DNA of 64,000 nt. Origin: Octopus sinensis (taxonomy: Eukaryota). Both the position numbers and the translations under genes were made by a program. The notes beneath the pieces were generated by a model, which searched no databases, was not told the origin of the DNA, and saw nothing but the letters and a program-made list of their open reading frames with translations. Location: assembly GCF_006345805.1 (NCBI RefSeq), contig NC_043002.1, positions 9,300,001 to 9,364,000 of the forward strand, read 5' to 3'. Shown here in pieces: positions 47,376-60,102 of the stretch (position 1 is the stretch's first letter; every line of letters begins with the position of its first letter).

Positions 47376-47889
47376 GTTATATAAATATCATAATCAAAAA
47401 TAATATAATATTAAACAGAATGTTCCGAAATCACTAATGCCTAAACTGTAACGCTTTATGAGAAGCTTCAAAACAAAGACACATAAAATAAACTCTAAAA
47501 TAACAAATTAGATTGAGCAAAGAGAGAATATTTGGTCTGTTAGAAATAGCAACCAAATCTTTAAATCACACTTCACCATCTTAAATACAGGAAGGGCACA
47601 TTAGATAATATTATCCCGATACCTTTAAAAAATAGGACGATCATGCTGGAATTCCTATGATTACAGGTATACTTAATCAGAGCTAGCCTGTGGGCTAATG
47701 TTAGTAATACATAAGCCATTGCTATTGAACAAAGTAGCTTGACATATTTGGTAGTTGTACAGATTAAACAGTTTGTAAGATCGTTAACTAAGAATTACAA
47801 AACAGAAATGGACAATATTAACAAGGCGACAGATTTTTCTGCTTCAAGACTACATCATATGTGCATACTTTTATCAATTATTCAGGCTG

Positions 47890-48193
47890 TTTGGCTGTCT
47901 GGCCTCCGTGCCGGTGGCACGTAAAAGACACCATTCAAGCGTGATCGTTACCAGCATCACCTTACTGGCACCTGTGTAAAAGATTCAAGTGAAGTTGTTG
48001 CCATTACTGCCCCCATGCCAGTGGTACGTAAAAGCATCCACTACACTCACGGAGTGGTTGGCGTTAGGAAGGGCATCCAGCTGCAGAAACTCTGCCAAAT
48101 CAGACTGGGCCAGGTGCAGCCATCTGGTTCGCCAGCCCTCAGTCAAACTGTCCAACCCATGCTAGCATAGAAAGCGGACGTTAAACGGTGATG
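47890..48193 (+). mobile_element. RTE 3' UTR fragment
   Basis: Array units plus conserved end. Confidence 0.85.
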
Positions 48194-48440
48194 TTTGCAT
48201 TCAATTTGCAGTTCAGGCATATACTCTTTTACTCGTTTCAGTCATTTGACTGCGGCCATGCTGGAGCACCGCCTTTAGTCGAGCAAATCGACCCCGGGAC
48301 TTATTCTTTGTAAGCCCAGTACTTATTCTATCGGTCTCCTTTGCCGAACCGCTAAGTGACGGGGACGTAAACACACCAGCATCGGTTGTCAAGCAATGCT
48401 AGGGGGACAAACAGACACACAAACACAGACACACACACAC

Positions 48441-48461
48441 ATATATATATATATATATGTA

Positions 48462-48537
<76 letters not shown>

Positions 48538-48549
48538 ATATATATATAT

Positions 48550-48591
<42 letters not shown>

Positions 48592-48612
48592 TATATATGT
48601 ATATATATATAC

Positions 48613-48674
<62 letters not shown>

Positions 48675-48682
48675 TATATATG

Positions 48683-48724
<42 letters not shown>

Positions 48725-48767
48725 TATTATATATAGATATATGTATATATATATATGTATATATATG

Positions 48768-48799
<32 letters not shown>

Positions 48800-48969
48800 A
48801 TTATATATATATATATAATATAGATATATATATATATATGTATATAGATATATATATAATATATATATATGTATATATATATATATTATATATATATTAT
48901 ATATATAATATATATATGTATATATATATATATAATATATATGTATATATTATATATATATATATAATG

Positions 48970-49001
<32 letters not shown>

Positions 49002-49037
49002 ATATATGTATATATATATATAATATATATATATATG

Positions 49038-49072
<35 letters not shown>

Positions 49073-49131
49073 ATGTATATATATGTATATATATATGTAT
49101 TATATATATATGTATTATATATATATATATA

Positions 49132-49172
<41 letters not shown>

Positions 49173-49246
49173 ATATATATATATTATGTATATATATATA
49201 TTATATATTATATAATATATATATATATGTATATATATATAGATAT

Positions 49247-49281
<35 letters not shown>

Positions 49282-49398
49282 TGTATATATATATATAATA
49301 TATTATATATATATATAATATATATATATATGTATATATATATATGTATATATATATATAATATATATAATATATATATATTATATATATATATATAA

Positions 49399-49448
<50 letters not shown>

Positions 49449-49523
49449 TATATATATATATATAATATATATGTATATATATATGTATATATATTATATA
49501 TTATATATATATATATATATATG

Positions 49524-49558
<35 letters not shown>

Positions 49559-49609
49559 ATATATATATATATATTATATATATGTATATATATGTATATA
49601 TATAATATG

Positions 49610-49643
<34 letters not shown>

Positions 49644-49812
49644 ATATGTATATATATATATATGTTATATATATATATATGTATATATATATTATGTATA
49701 TATGTATATATATATATATAGATAATATATATATATATAGATATATATATATATATATAGATATATTATATATAGATATATATATATATATAGATATATA
49801 TATATTATATAT

Positions 49813-49845
<33 letters not shown>

Positions 49846-49952
49846 TATATATAGATATATATATATATATAGATATAATATATATATAGATATATATATA
49901 ATATATAGATATATATATATATATATATATATAAGATATATATATATTATAT

Positions 49953-49985
<33 letters not shown>

Positions 49986-50321
49986 TATATATATATATAT
50001 ATAGTATATATATATATATAAGATATATATATATATAGATAATATATATATAGATATATATAATATATATAGATATATATATATAATATAGATATATATA
50101 TATATATATAGATTATATATATATATAATATATAATATATATATATTATATAGATATATAGATATATATATATATATATATGATATATATATATATATAG
50201 ATTATATATATATATAGATATATTATATATATAGATATATATATATATATATTAGATATATATTATATATAGATATATTATATATATATATTATTATATA
50301 TATATATATATATATTATAGA

Positions 50322-50354
<33 letters not shown>

Positions 50355-50542
50355 TATATATATATAGATATATATTATATATATAATATAGATATATATA
50401 TATATATAATATATATAGATATATATATATATATATATACATATATAGATATATATATATATATATATAGATATTATATAGATATATATATATATTATAT
50501 ATACATATATAGATATATATATATATATATATAGATATATAT

Positions 50543-50579
<37 letters not shown>

Positions 50580-50598
50580 TATATATATACATATATAT

Positions 50599-50640
<42 letters not shown>
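48441..50640. repeat. About 2.2 kb imperfect (TA)n tract (TATG-interrupted, then TAGA-interrupted)
   Basis: Direct reading; a second tract lies at 51254-51655. Confidence 0.97.
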
Positions 50641-50642
<2 letters not shown>

Positions 50643-51252
50643 TGTTGTCCACTGTGGTCTCCTACTGTTGTCCACTGTGGTCTCCCCACACAATACAAGG
50701 TATCATAAAAGTCGAAGCACCTCAAAGGGCAATCACAAAAAAGATAGATGGCATGACAGGCCTCGACTATTGGGGTCGACTAGAAAGCTAAAACTCTATT
50801 CTCTCCAACGTCGTCGTGAGCGCTACATCATCTGCATGATGTGGAAAATATTCCATCAGCATTGCCCAAATGATGTTGGCATCACCTTAAGGTACATCCA
50901 AGGCTTGGGCCCCGTGCCATCCGCCCAAAACAAAAATCGCACTCTCATCTCATAACAACAATACGGCACAATTATTTCACCTCAATTGGCCCCGCTCTCT
51001 TTAACATTACACCAAAACACATTAAAACAGAACTGACCCTATAGGGTTCAAGAAGTCCTTGGACAGATTCCTTCAAGAAATCCCGGATAAACCCCCTACA
51101 CCCGGATATGTCTCTGTAAACAATAACTCTCTACTTGAGTGGGCCATAGTGCCCAAATTCTGACTTGAAAGACTTCACCAGGTGGTGCTATTAAGTTAGA
51201 CATGGCCTGGGCCAATAATGGCCGAAACCTATCAAAGTATCAAAGTATCAAA

Positions 51253-51253
<1 letters not shown>
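50641..51253 (+). mobile_element. CR1-like LINE 3' end with (AAGTATCA)n tail
   Basis: [54 protein letters not shown]; tail ATCAAAGTATCAAAGTATCAAAGTA. Confidence 0.85.
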
Positions 51254-51306
<53 letters not shown>

Positions 51307-51331
51307 TACATATATATATATATATATATCA

Positions 51332-51371
<40 letters not shown>

Positions 51372-51543
51372 CATGTATATATATATATAATGTATATATA
51401 TATATACATGTATATATATATATACATGTATATATATATATATAATATGTATATATATATATATATATATATATTGTATATATATATATACATATACATA
51501 TATATATATATATATATTATATATGTATATATATATATTACAT

Positions 51544-51615
<72 letters not shown>

Positions 51616-52269
51616 CATATATATATACATATATATATACATATATACATATATACGACAGGCTTCTTTCAGTTTCCGTCTACCAAATCCACTCACAAGG
51701 CATTGGTCGGCCCGGGGCCATAGCAGAAGACACTTGCCCAAGATGCCACGCAGTGGGACTGAACCCGGAACCATGTGGTTGGTTAGCAAGCTACTTACCA
51801 CACAGCCACTCGCACATACTCCTAATATTATTATTACTCATAAAGATTAGGTCTGTAGATTCATTTAATGCCATACTCCTTACAATATCATGCTTAACTT
51901 AACAAGCCTGCCTTTAACTGTAGTTAGACCTATAATTGTAAAGAGACTCTTTGCTTTTAATATCAGAATACGAACGCATTCACGGTGCAATGTGTCAACT
52001 ACATAACTGAGGAGAGGGAGACTGCTGCCATTGATAAAGAGAAAATAAGAGAATTCACTTAACCAGAGAGACAGGTAAAGTTCCGTCAAATAAATAAGCA
52101 AATGAAAAATGGTAGACAAGAGGAAAAAATATGATTATGAATTTCTTAAAAAGATGAGATGGCTAAACCTATGTGATAAAGTCATCACTTCATTTTGATA
52201 TTGTTTATTATCACCATTGATCATGTACACTTTTCTATACTGGCATAGACTTTCTAGAACAGTGTTTTG

Positions 52270-52648
52270 GGATCTTTTCGGTTTGAACGGCAGTTTTTAA
52301 CATAATTTCTAGGTAACTAAAAAATTTTAAACTTTGTATACTGGTAGAATGTGTTTATAAAACATCTTTTTCTCTTGGCTTTATTGAGAAAATTCTATAG
52401 TTTGTAAGATATTTGTTGTTGTTTTTCTTCAATTTCTGCAATTTCAACCAATCAATAACGTCTATTGAGGTAAAAAAACATTCTGTGCCGTATGAATATG
52501 TCCCTCGTTTAAGAAACAGATTGGGTTTATTTACATTTGTGAAGAAAAAAAGATTGAAATGCAATAGATCGATACTAGGGTCATAATTATGGGTGACAAC
52601 TTCATATGACACTGCTAGAAAAAACTGCCGTTCAAACTGAAAAGATCC
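52270..52648. mobile_element. Merlin-like MITE (copy 2, opposite orientation)
   Basis: Same TIR as 11326-11711; TSD GTGTTTTG / GTGTCTTG. Confidence 0.88.
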
Positions 52649-53140
52649 GTGTCTTGTGGTTGGATGCTCTTCCTGTCATCAACATAGTGTTCATCTATTG
52701 CCGGTTGGGGTGTGTGGTTGTATGTGCATGCCCATCCCTACCAAAGTTGGATTTGATTAAAGCCAAACATTCCATTATAGCTACTAATAAAGCTTCAATT
52801 TTCCTTTATACTATTAATGCTTACCTGTGAATCACTACAGGTAAAATATTTGTAGCAGACAAAGAATTAGACAATATGATCTAAAAGTTATTAGAAGTAT
52901 ATACGCTGAGCTACTTTGTCTCATAAATTAACTCATTTCTTAAGCAATTATTGGTAAGAGTTGCAGACTAATCAAGGTGATGATTATTCTTGGTGCAGCT
53001 AAGCACCTACAAACAACAGAAATGCATATTCTGGAAATCTATTTTCATATTTACTATATTATTATCAGCGTGGAAGGTGTTTGTAAGCCATTTAAGAAAC
53101 ACACAAAAGCCGTTCGATTCACTTCAACGTTTAAGTTTAA

Positions 53141-53191
53141 TTTGTCAAAATATTTTCGTCGCTATAAGACCGCGACCTGTTCACTGACAAA
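53141..53191 (-). ncRNA. Variant minimal hammerhead-like motif (G3-C8 core), candidate
   Basis: UUUGUCA-GUGAACA-G-GUCGC(9 nt loop)GCGAC-GAAA-AUAU-UU-UGACAAA: 7 bp stem I, 5 bp stem II, palindromic AAUAUU stem III. Confidence 0.55.
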
Positions 53192-53242
53192 GATCCGTGC
53201 TGCATCCGAGATGCAGCATGGATTTTTGTCAGTGAACAGGTC
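53174..53242. repeat. About 33 bp-arm hairpin overlapping the hammerhead-like motif
   Basis: GACCTGTTCACTGACAAAGATCCGTGCTGCATC versus GATGCAGCATGGATTTTTGTCAGTGAACAGGTC. Confidence 0.85.
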
Positions 53243-53861
53243 CAGCACACGATCTCAGATCAAATCACTTGCTATGCAAGTACATCTCCCTATATTATTA
53301 TCGCCCCACTAAGAAAATCTGAAAAAAGTGTTCATTCACAAGCAAATAGATGAATACGTGACAAAAAAGGTTAACTGATTATTGTATTAATTGTAAACAA
53401 CAGTAATTTGTTTTAAACAAAATGAGACACTGCAAAAAGAAATGATTTTATGAGGGATAGAAAAAATGGATTTAGATTAGATACATTAAAAAATTTTTCT
53501 TTTTATAAACCAATCAGGTTTGGAGCTCGGAAGATTCTTTCAAACTGAGCTTGATGCAGCTATAATTGGCTAAAATATTTGTAGATCAATGTCTAAGAAA
53601 AATCATGAATGGGAGAGTTCCATTTGTAAAAGTTGGAATTCTAGGAAGGAAGGATTAGGAAAAGTATTTAATGTGGCATCTTAGGATCTAATACATATTA
53701 AGACCTGTTGATGATTGAATTGTTGCCATTTAGTCAACAGGCCGTCTTTTGAATTCAGTCCAGAATGTCAGTAGATGTTTACCAACAGTACCGTCCTATA
53801 GAGGTGAGCAGTAATATTCCAGTGTGGATCTTACTATTAATACACTAATAATAATCAGCTT

Positions 53862-54405
53862 CATCATCATCATCGTTTAACGTCCGCTTTCCATGCTAGC
53901 ATGGGTTGGACGATTTTGACTGAGGGCTGGCAAACCAGATGGCTGCACCAGGCTTCAATCTTGATCTGGCAGAGTTTCTACAGCTGGATGCCTTTCCTAA
54001 TGTTAACCACTCCGAGAGTATAGTGGGTGCTTTTATGTGCCAGTCAGGCGGTACTGGCAACGACCTCACTCGAATCTTTTACACATGCCACCGATGCGGG
54101 TGCCAGTAAGGCAATGCTGGTAATGATCACACTCGAATGGTGTCTTTCACGTGCCACTGGTGTGGAGGCCAGATATCCACTCTGGCAGCAATCAGGCTCG
54201 GATGGTGCTCTTAATACTCTACTAGCACGGGGCTCGATTGCCAGTAATGTGACGCTGGTAACAATCACGCTCGAATGGTGCCTTTTAAGTGCCACTTGCA
54301 CGGAAGCCGGTTAGCCGCTCTGTCAATGATTACACTCGTATAGTGCTCTTTGCACCCCGCTAGCATGGACACCAGTCATCGAATTTTATTTTGATTTTTG
54401 ATTTC
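53862..54405 (-). mobile_element. RTE 3' UTR fragment with extended array
   Basis: (CAT)n, conserved end, several array units. Confidence 0.85.
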
Positions 54406-55483
54406 AAATTTAAATAATGCCTTTAAAATACTTTCTTGCAATAAACCCTAACTTTTAGATGTTTTAGTTACCTAATTCATTGCCAAGATAATTGAAATTC
54501 AAGCATTTTTGAAATTAGTTAAAGAGAACAAGATAAATGAAAACTGTAAATCACAAATGATGACATTTGTTCTGCCGCTCAATTTTCAACTTTTACACAC
54601 AGAATATTTTAGAATCAGTTTAGTTAAAACATGAATAGTTGTTTCATTCCTTGTTGTATGTAGTCTTAGGTGTTGTCAAGAAGCAGATGCGTAGGTGGTA
54701 TGTGTAGGAGATACACAAGTACTGGTACGGATATGAAGCAAATGAAAAATGAATAAGTTCTGTTGCACGAAATGCAAACATTGTAATATCAAGTTATCAT
54801 GACTGGTTGTTTATCTTTTCCACCAGCAATAGACAATGTTAAAGTGTCAAAAATAAATTACAGACTGTGCACAAAATAAAGATAACCCACCAGAAACTGA
54901 GATATAACTGAAGTGAATGTATACTATACAAAAGTTACCCTTTATAAATGCCCTCTTGAAAAAAAGCGATTCCAGACAATAATTTCAGAAAAATCAGTGT
55001 TTAAATGTACACTATATTTATATGAATAATATATAGTCTACTGACTACTTTTCTACATGCTAGGCCACTGGTAGTAAAAAATTTCTAAAATTTTTTCTTA
55101 CCCTGATATTTATTAATTATTGATAATTTTTGGCAAATTTCCGAAGAAATGCTGGCATTAATTTTATTTGCTGCTGACAAAAAACTGCGCTTGTGTGGTG
55201 GATTTGAAAAATTATAATACGTAAGCAGAAATCATATGCTGTATTGCCTTGTATCTATATGTTAATCTTGGCGTGCCTGCTGAAGAAAGCTCCACCTAAC
55301 AAATTATTTTATTTGCTAATTTAGAGCTCGAAACCATGGTCCAGAAGATAGATGGTAAATGTTTTTATTTTTCATTCCCTTCGATTTTTATCTCTAATAG
55401 TGGTTTAGATTTTGGCTACTCCTTCCAGCATGCTAGGTGTCCTATGATGGTCACCTCTTATGTGTTTAAATGTACACTGTATG

Positions 55484-55527
<44 letters not shown>

Positions 55528-55725
55528 AATGGATGAATGAATTATCCTTTGTTTACCGTTAACATGGAAAATTCAATAAACAGTTACCATGGTAGCAAAA
55601 TTCACGCAAGTAACACGGATGAAGGCGATCTATTCAAAGGTAGAAACTCTGGGTTAATGTGCAGTAATTTGTGTATTATAAGTAAATAAAGGCAGTTGAA
55701 CAAAGATGCTATTAAAATTCTTTTA

Positions 55726-55805
55726 CTTTTGACATGTTTCGAAGACAACATGGTTTTATTCCAAAGGAATAAACGGTGTAAAATGCAATCTTCTCATCAG
55801 GAAAG
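55726..55805 (-). ncRNA. Minimal hammerhead ribozyme-like motif, candidate
   Basis: CUUUC-CUGAUGA-GAAGA[long loop]UCUUC-GAAA-CAUG-UC-AAAAG: canonical core, 5 bp stem II base, palindromic ACAUGU, GUC site; first stem I pair mismatched. Confidence 0.6.
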
Positions 55806-56462
55806 AAAGAGAGCCTATCTCAACAACAAGACATTATAACAATTACGATGACTGCCTAAATAATAAACAGAACGTTATTAAGTATTTTAAAAAAACCGTT
55901 AGTAAATTCGACATCAAAGGTAGATAGTAGGAAGAGAAGGGTTAAAGGAATAATAAGTAGAGAACAAATAAAGAAGGATACGTTGGTTGAAAAAATGTTC
56001 AAAGACTTAGAAGTAGATTTCTCTATTGTAGTAACGTGCAAGTTAAACTAACTGTTCAAACTATAAAGACTGGCGAAATCACTTGCATGAGTTAAAGGTA
56101 TGTTGAAGTATTTAAAAAATTATTTGGAAATTATAAAAAGAAACAAATATTAGATTCAGACTGTCCATATTTTAAAACCATGAATTAAAAAAAAAAATTT
56201 GTACCAAATTTTTTCTCCAGAAGTTTGTGGCTTCAAGATAACCAGTTTTCATCCTTTTAAAAAATGCAGATTTTGTGAATGAAACAAACAAGATCCTGAA
56301 TAAGAAATGAATGTTTAATATGACAAATTTTTCAGAATTTTTTACGTCATTTTAAAAGGGGGGCTGGTTTTGTGACTCAAACTAGATCCAAGTACATTCT
56401 CCACAATTTGCTACTCATATGAAGTACATATGTATTTCAACAATTTCTATCAAATACACTCT

Positions 56463-56842
56463 TATTCTTTTACATGTTTCAGTCATTTGACTGTGGCCAT
56501 GCAGGAGCACCGCCTTTAGTCGAGCAAATTGACCCCAGGACTTATTCTTTGTAAGCCTAGAACTTATTCTATCGGTCTCATTTGCCGAACCACTAAGTTA
56601 TGGGGACGTAAACACAACAGCATTGGTTGTCAAGCGATATTGTGGGGACAAATACAGACACACAAACATACACACATTACGATGGGCTTCTTTCAGTTTC
56701 CGTCTACCAAATCCACTCACAAGGCTTTGGTCGACCCGAGACTATAGTAGAAGACACTTGCCCAAGGTGCCACGCAGTGGGACTGAATCCGGAGCCATGT
56801 GGTTTGTAAGCCAGCTACTTACCACACAGCCACACCTATGCC
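56463..56842 (-). mobile_element. SINE family A
   Basis: Full reverse-complement match to 46388-46808. Confidence 0.88.
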
Positions 56843-58453
56843 TCTTGAACATAAAAAATCCTCTTCCCAGGTGACAATAATTATGTGAGATTGTTGTACA
56901 AGTTCTAGTTGTTTTGTTAAGAGAAATCGGAAAGGTCTGAAATGATTTCATCCGCATTTACCTATATCAAAGAGCACTCTTTCGATACGGCAACACATTG
57001 ATCTCAAAAGTGTCACATGGTGGAAATAAACGCAATTACCAAACTTTCAATTCATTATTTTGTTTCGTTTTTTTTTTTTGCATTTCAATTTGTACATCTG
57101 TACTCCTGATTGTGTACAAGTGCATATGTAAAACGTCCTTTATTTTTAATAATTTTTCCTAGCCCTCATAGTTACTGAGAAAATCGATCAAAACTTTTCT
57201 AATGGGATTCCCCCGCCAACATACATAACCTCTCTCTCCTTTTCTCTGTTACTCACTCACACATTCTCTCATTACAAGTGAATAACAAAACTTCAGCTAA
57301 CTCTCTCACCCATATCACACACCCCATCAAACACACACACACGCACATCAATTCTTCCGCTTCATGCCAACTTCAAAGGAACTTCACTCATACTATTTAT
57401 CTCTTTCACTTTCACGACAACTTCAAAGGATCCCCTTTCCACCCCTCCAGAGATAAATACAAACCACCTCATGCTGACTGCAAAAATCCCGCACATACAC
57501 ACACACGTCCATTTCATATATCTTCTTTCAATACAATACAATAGCTCTCACCTACATTTTCTTCTCTAAAAAGGTAAATGTCTATTTTTTCTATAAGCGT
57601 ATAACAATGACTTCTTCCATACTTCTCCACTTTACCTTTTATCTTCACTTTTCTTAAATTGGATACGTCTGCTCTATTAAGTTGCAGAACTTTGACAGTA
57701 CAGTTAAAAATCATTCCTGCTTTACTTCTTACAATTTCCCTGTAAATTCTTACAGCTTCATTTTTTGGTGATGATTGAAATGTCAAACATTTTCTAACTG
57801 TTAAAGTAATTCTTAACGTCAACTTCTTAATGCCTCTTCTGTTTTTTTCCTAGCCCCCATACTTACCGATAAAATTGATTAAAACTTCTTCCCCTCTTTC
57901 TTCCCACATTAAAACAACCAGTTGCTCACACAGCTGCCATATACCATTCCACTAGCAACAAGGGGACTCCAGGATGACAGCCAGCAAAAACTTTCTCTAT
58001 GCTGTCTCGCTTCTTTCACCTCTTTGTGGGGTTAATTATCTTCATCTTTAGTTACAGTTTCTCATTCAAACTACATATTACGCAAATTGTCGGATTAATA
58101 CAGTAAGGTGTTTTGAGGGAGATTTAGCTGCTATTTCTATCAGGTCTACCTACCATGTGGATGTCTGAAATTCATTTTCATTTCAAAAATTTCACATAAT
58201 CTTTTCCATAAATCAACTATCGTAAAAATTTTCTACTATGACCTCACATTTTCTATGTATATGTGTGTACCTTAAAAGATGTCATTTGACAGAGGTCCAA
58301 TAGAATAGTTCTCAGAAACAGACAACGTACAAATTCTTTCTTCACAACTCCGGAAGCTGTTTTCTTAGGGGGGGGGGGGAATTTTCATACAGCTGGAGAC
58401 TCCAATCGAAACGGGACCCGAAATGATAAGGTTGAGAAACGCTGTTATAGATT

Positions 58454-60102
58454 ATGCCTAAACGAAAATGATCACAGCCACATCATCCAAACAGACCGGG
58501 TGAAACCGGGCTTAACTGCTAGTGAAAATATAAACGAAAACAAAAGTATTTTGTCTTCGGATGAATCTGATATCGATATTAGTGATTATTCATCAAATGA
58601 GGACGATTTTGAGAACGAAAGCGATAAAAATGAAAGTGATGAAAATGATATTGTAAACATGGCAACATGGTCAAAGCAACACCAATCACTATTCCTGATT
58701 TCACAGAAAACACTGGTCCAGAACACAATTTACCTCCTGATGCTCAACCATTGGACTATGTTTTTATTTTTACCAGAAAGTTTTTTGAAAATATTGTGGA
58801 GGAAACAAACAAATATGTGCAACGTTTAATTTCTATTTGCGGAAGAAACGATCCACTATGGCAGCCAACTAATACTGCGGAAATGAGAGCGTCTTTTACA
58901 ATTAATATTGTTTGGTGTTAAACAGCTTCCTCGACTGTGGAAACTATTGGAGTCCTGATGTAAGGTATGGCGATTCATATATTTCAAGTATAATGTCGAA
59001 GACGAGGTATTCGAAAATATCTCAGTATTTACATTTAACTGATTCTTCCAATGCCCCCAACAAAAACGACCCAAACTACGATCCCCTGTACAAAGTACGT
59101 CCTGTAATCGATTTACTTGTTAATAATTATAAAACTGTGTATCTACCTGGGAAAAATCTCAGTGTAGATGAAGCCATGATAGGCTATAAGGGTAGAGTAC
59201 ATTTTCGGCAGTACATGTCTGCCAAACCTACTAAATGGGTGATCAAGGTATGGGAAGTTTGTGAATCAGAGACGGGATACTGTGTAAACTTTTGATGTTT
59301 ACACAGGTAAAAAATATAATGGAAACAGACCGCATGGATTGGGACATGATGTTGTATGGTCTCCTACACAACCTTTTCACCATCAGCACCGACACCTCTA
59401 TTTTGACTTTTTTTTTCCTTCAGTGGCTTTGGCGGAAAATCTTGCCCGTGTAAGTACTTAGATGTGCAGTACTGTTATGGGAAACCGTAAAGGTTTACCC
59501 CATGAAATAAAAACAAAATTAAAAAGAGGGGACATTTTACAAATGCAAAAAGAAAATTTATTGGTTACTGCTTTTAAAGACAAAAGACAGATTTTATTTC
59601 TGTCTTCTTATGGACAACCTGGTGTTGGCGCTGAGGAGAAACCCCTCTTAAATATATGGGTGGGGTTGATAAATCTGACCAATATCAGGCATATTACCCA
59701 GCTGGTCTACCTGGGAAGAAATGGTGGAGGTACATTTTGTGGTTTATAGTTAATTTAACTATAGTAAATGCACACATTGTATACGTAAAAAGCCATCAAA
59801 AGACTACGATCACCTGAAATTTCGGGTTGACATCGCACCTCAGTTACGTGAGGGCTTTTCTTCTAGAAAGCACACAACTGGGAGAAAAGCAAAATTAACT
59901 GAGGTGGATGTCAACAGAGAAAATATTGACTTTCATCAAGTTGAAAAGATAAATGGAAGGAAAAAAGTTTGCAGACTGTTCGCTGCAAAAAAGAAAAACT
60001 GCAAAAGGATATCAGGTCAAGACCTCATATATGTGTTCATTTTGCCAAGTGCCCTTGTATAAAGGGTGCTTTGGACAGTTTCACAACAGAAATATGGCAT
60101 AA
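58454..60102 (+). pseudogene. piggyBac (PGBD4-like) transposase pseudogene
   Basis: Acidic N-terminus, DPLYKVRPVID, LSVDEAMIGYKGRVHFRQYMSAKPTKW, HLYFD, MGGVDKSDQ, KKWWRYI, C-terminal Cys-rich domain; many frameshifts and stops. Confidence 0.9.

Larger units (their letters stand above)
48222..51813 (-). mobile_element. SINE family A split by a hugely expanded internal microsatellite and a CR1 insertion
   Basis: 3' half at 48222-48440 and 5' half at 51655-51813, colinear with intact copies. Confidence 0.85.

Noticed and set aside
51175-51192. CTCF-like motif TCACCAGGTGGTGCTA in the CR1 3' UTR
   Set aside because: A single short motif match is expected by chance; no supporting evidence from sequence alone.
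48597-51902. Many YI/IY-rich ORFs
   Set aside because: Translations of (TA)n microsatellite.
54660-54830. Cys-rich remnant resembling a piggyBac C-terminal domain
   Set aside because: Too degenerate to support without a profile search.
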